From: Malacoraja senta
Lineage: Eukaryota
Direction of reading: 5' to 3'
Assembly (NCBI GenBank): GCA_038087875.1
Contig: JAXLNO010000438.1
Location: forward strand, 496,001-560,000
DNA: 64,000 nt
Below, one piece after another: positions 62,949 to 64,000 of this stretch (position 1 is its first letter; each line of letters begins with the position of its first letter). The notes below the pieces were generated by a model, which was given only the letters and a program-made list of their open reading frames with translations, was not told the origin of the DNA and did no database searches. A program made the position numbers and the translations under genes.

Positions 62949-63667
62949 TATAACGAACCCCGAGACATCCCTCTCTCTCTGACTTCGAGCTGACCAGCTC
63001 TCTTCTCTCTTTGGCTGAGTGTCCTTCCACCTCAGCAGTGGCTCAGCTCAAGCCCACGAGGCAACAGCCTCGCAGCAGCCACAATAACTTTGTGTTAGAG
63101 GACCAATGTGCATGTATCACGAACCTATTGTGCCTGAATAAAGTAACCCGTTTGTTCACCACGTGTGGTGCCTCTACACTACCTTCGATTTTTCCAGCAT
63201 CTGCAGTTCTTTCTTAAAAATATAGTCCAGAATCAGCGAGTTTGATTCAACTTTTAACACATCTATCTTCGCAGCCTCAAGTTTTTATATTGCTGATTTG
63301 TAAAACTATATATATCCATATATTACTCGAAACCTTATACTGACATGAACAAACAAGACAACATAAATTACAATTCCGAGCAAAATAAATGGCTGGAGTC
63401 AGTTTCTATATCTGCGACTATATATTACAAAGACACATTGGATTTTTTGGTCTTGACTACTGAGTCACAAATCTCTCCCTTCAAGATTATTTTCATGAGC
63501 ATTGATTTCTTGAACCAGGTAAATTCTCAGATCTAAATTTAGCAGACTAACTGTTCCATTAATTATTTCTTGATGCGTTGAGATTTTAAATAATTTTGGT
63601 GTTCTTTTATATGTGCAATACTTGTCTCCTCATCACTTCGCAAAATGATATTTTGAATTGTACCTAA

Positions 63668-64000
63668 CATTAGTACCCCTTTGCTACTTTTACCCCATAT
63701 CCCTTGATTCCTTTAGCCCTAAGAGCTAAAACTAACTCCCTCTTGAAAACATCCAGTGAACTGGTCTCCACTGCCTTCTGTGGTAGAGAATTCCACAGAT
63801 TCACAACACTCTGGGTTAAAACGTTTTTCCTCATCTCAGTCCTAAATGGCCTACCACTTATTCTTAAACTCCCCAACATCTGGAACATTTTCCTGCATCT
63901 ACCCTGTCCAATGAATTTTGTATGTTTCTGTAAGATACCCTCTCATCCTTCTAAATTCCAGTGAATACAAGCCCAGTCAACCCATTCTTTCATCATGTCA
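63668..64000 (-). mobile_element. CR1 LINE 3' region, runs off window end
   Basis: SLRISGRPFRTEMRKNV.TQSVVNLWNSLPQKAVE; LGLYSLEFRRMRG. Confidence 0.88.

Larger units (their letters stand above)
57178..63178 (+). mobile_element. Non-autonomous Gypsy-type LTR retrotransposon
   Basis: TGT...ACA ends; 4-bp TSD CTAC; 5' LTR 57178-57519; 3' LTR about 61876-63178 (interrupted, first ~18 nt missing); AATAAA in LTR; PBS-like TGGTGCCCCTGACG at 57521; gag remnant; no pol seen. Confidence 0.88.
57096..63216. mobile_element. Penelope pLTR mini-palindrome split by the LTR element (57096-57177 + 63183-63216)
   Basis: 17-bp TSD AAAATATAGTCCAGAAT at 57079-57095 and 63217-63233; halves rejoin as tttgtCTACcttcgatttttccagcatctgcag. 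Confidence 0.85.

Overview
Eukaryotic, repeat-dominated non-coding window (intron or intergenic). The repeat repertoire (HE1/V-SINE-like SINEs, abundant CR1, Rex1/Babar, Penelope) points to a cartilaginous fish, probably a skate or ray; this is inference from recalled repeat families. No host exon could be supported, and nearly all track ORFs are spurious or TE-derived. Clearly resolved elements: (1) a full-length DIRS1-type tyrosine-recombinase retrotransposon (10750-15493) with near-perfect ITR/ICR but dead ORFs and an internal 36-nt hairpin array; (2) many Penelope-derived terminal repeats carrying minimal hammerhead-ribozyme cores, four of them short units flanked by 12-17 bp TSDs; (3) a PIF/Harbinger-like MITE family (TIR AGGGCCTGTCCCAC, TWA TSD); (4) a hAT-like element with an 8-bp TSD; (5) a non-autonomous Gypsy LTR element (57178-63178) holding a young 5'-truncated L1 and a GC-rich non-autonomous retroposon; (6) a GC-rich retroposon family with a co-varying hairpin and different LINE tails; (7) a tRNA SINE resembling the teleost AFC SINE. 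Coordinates were counted by hand; boundaries of decayed elements are approximate.
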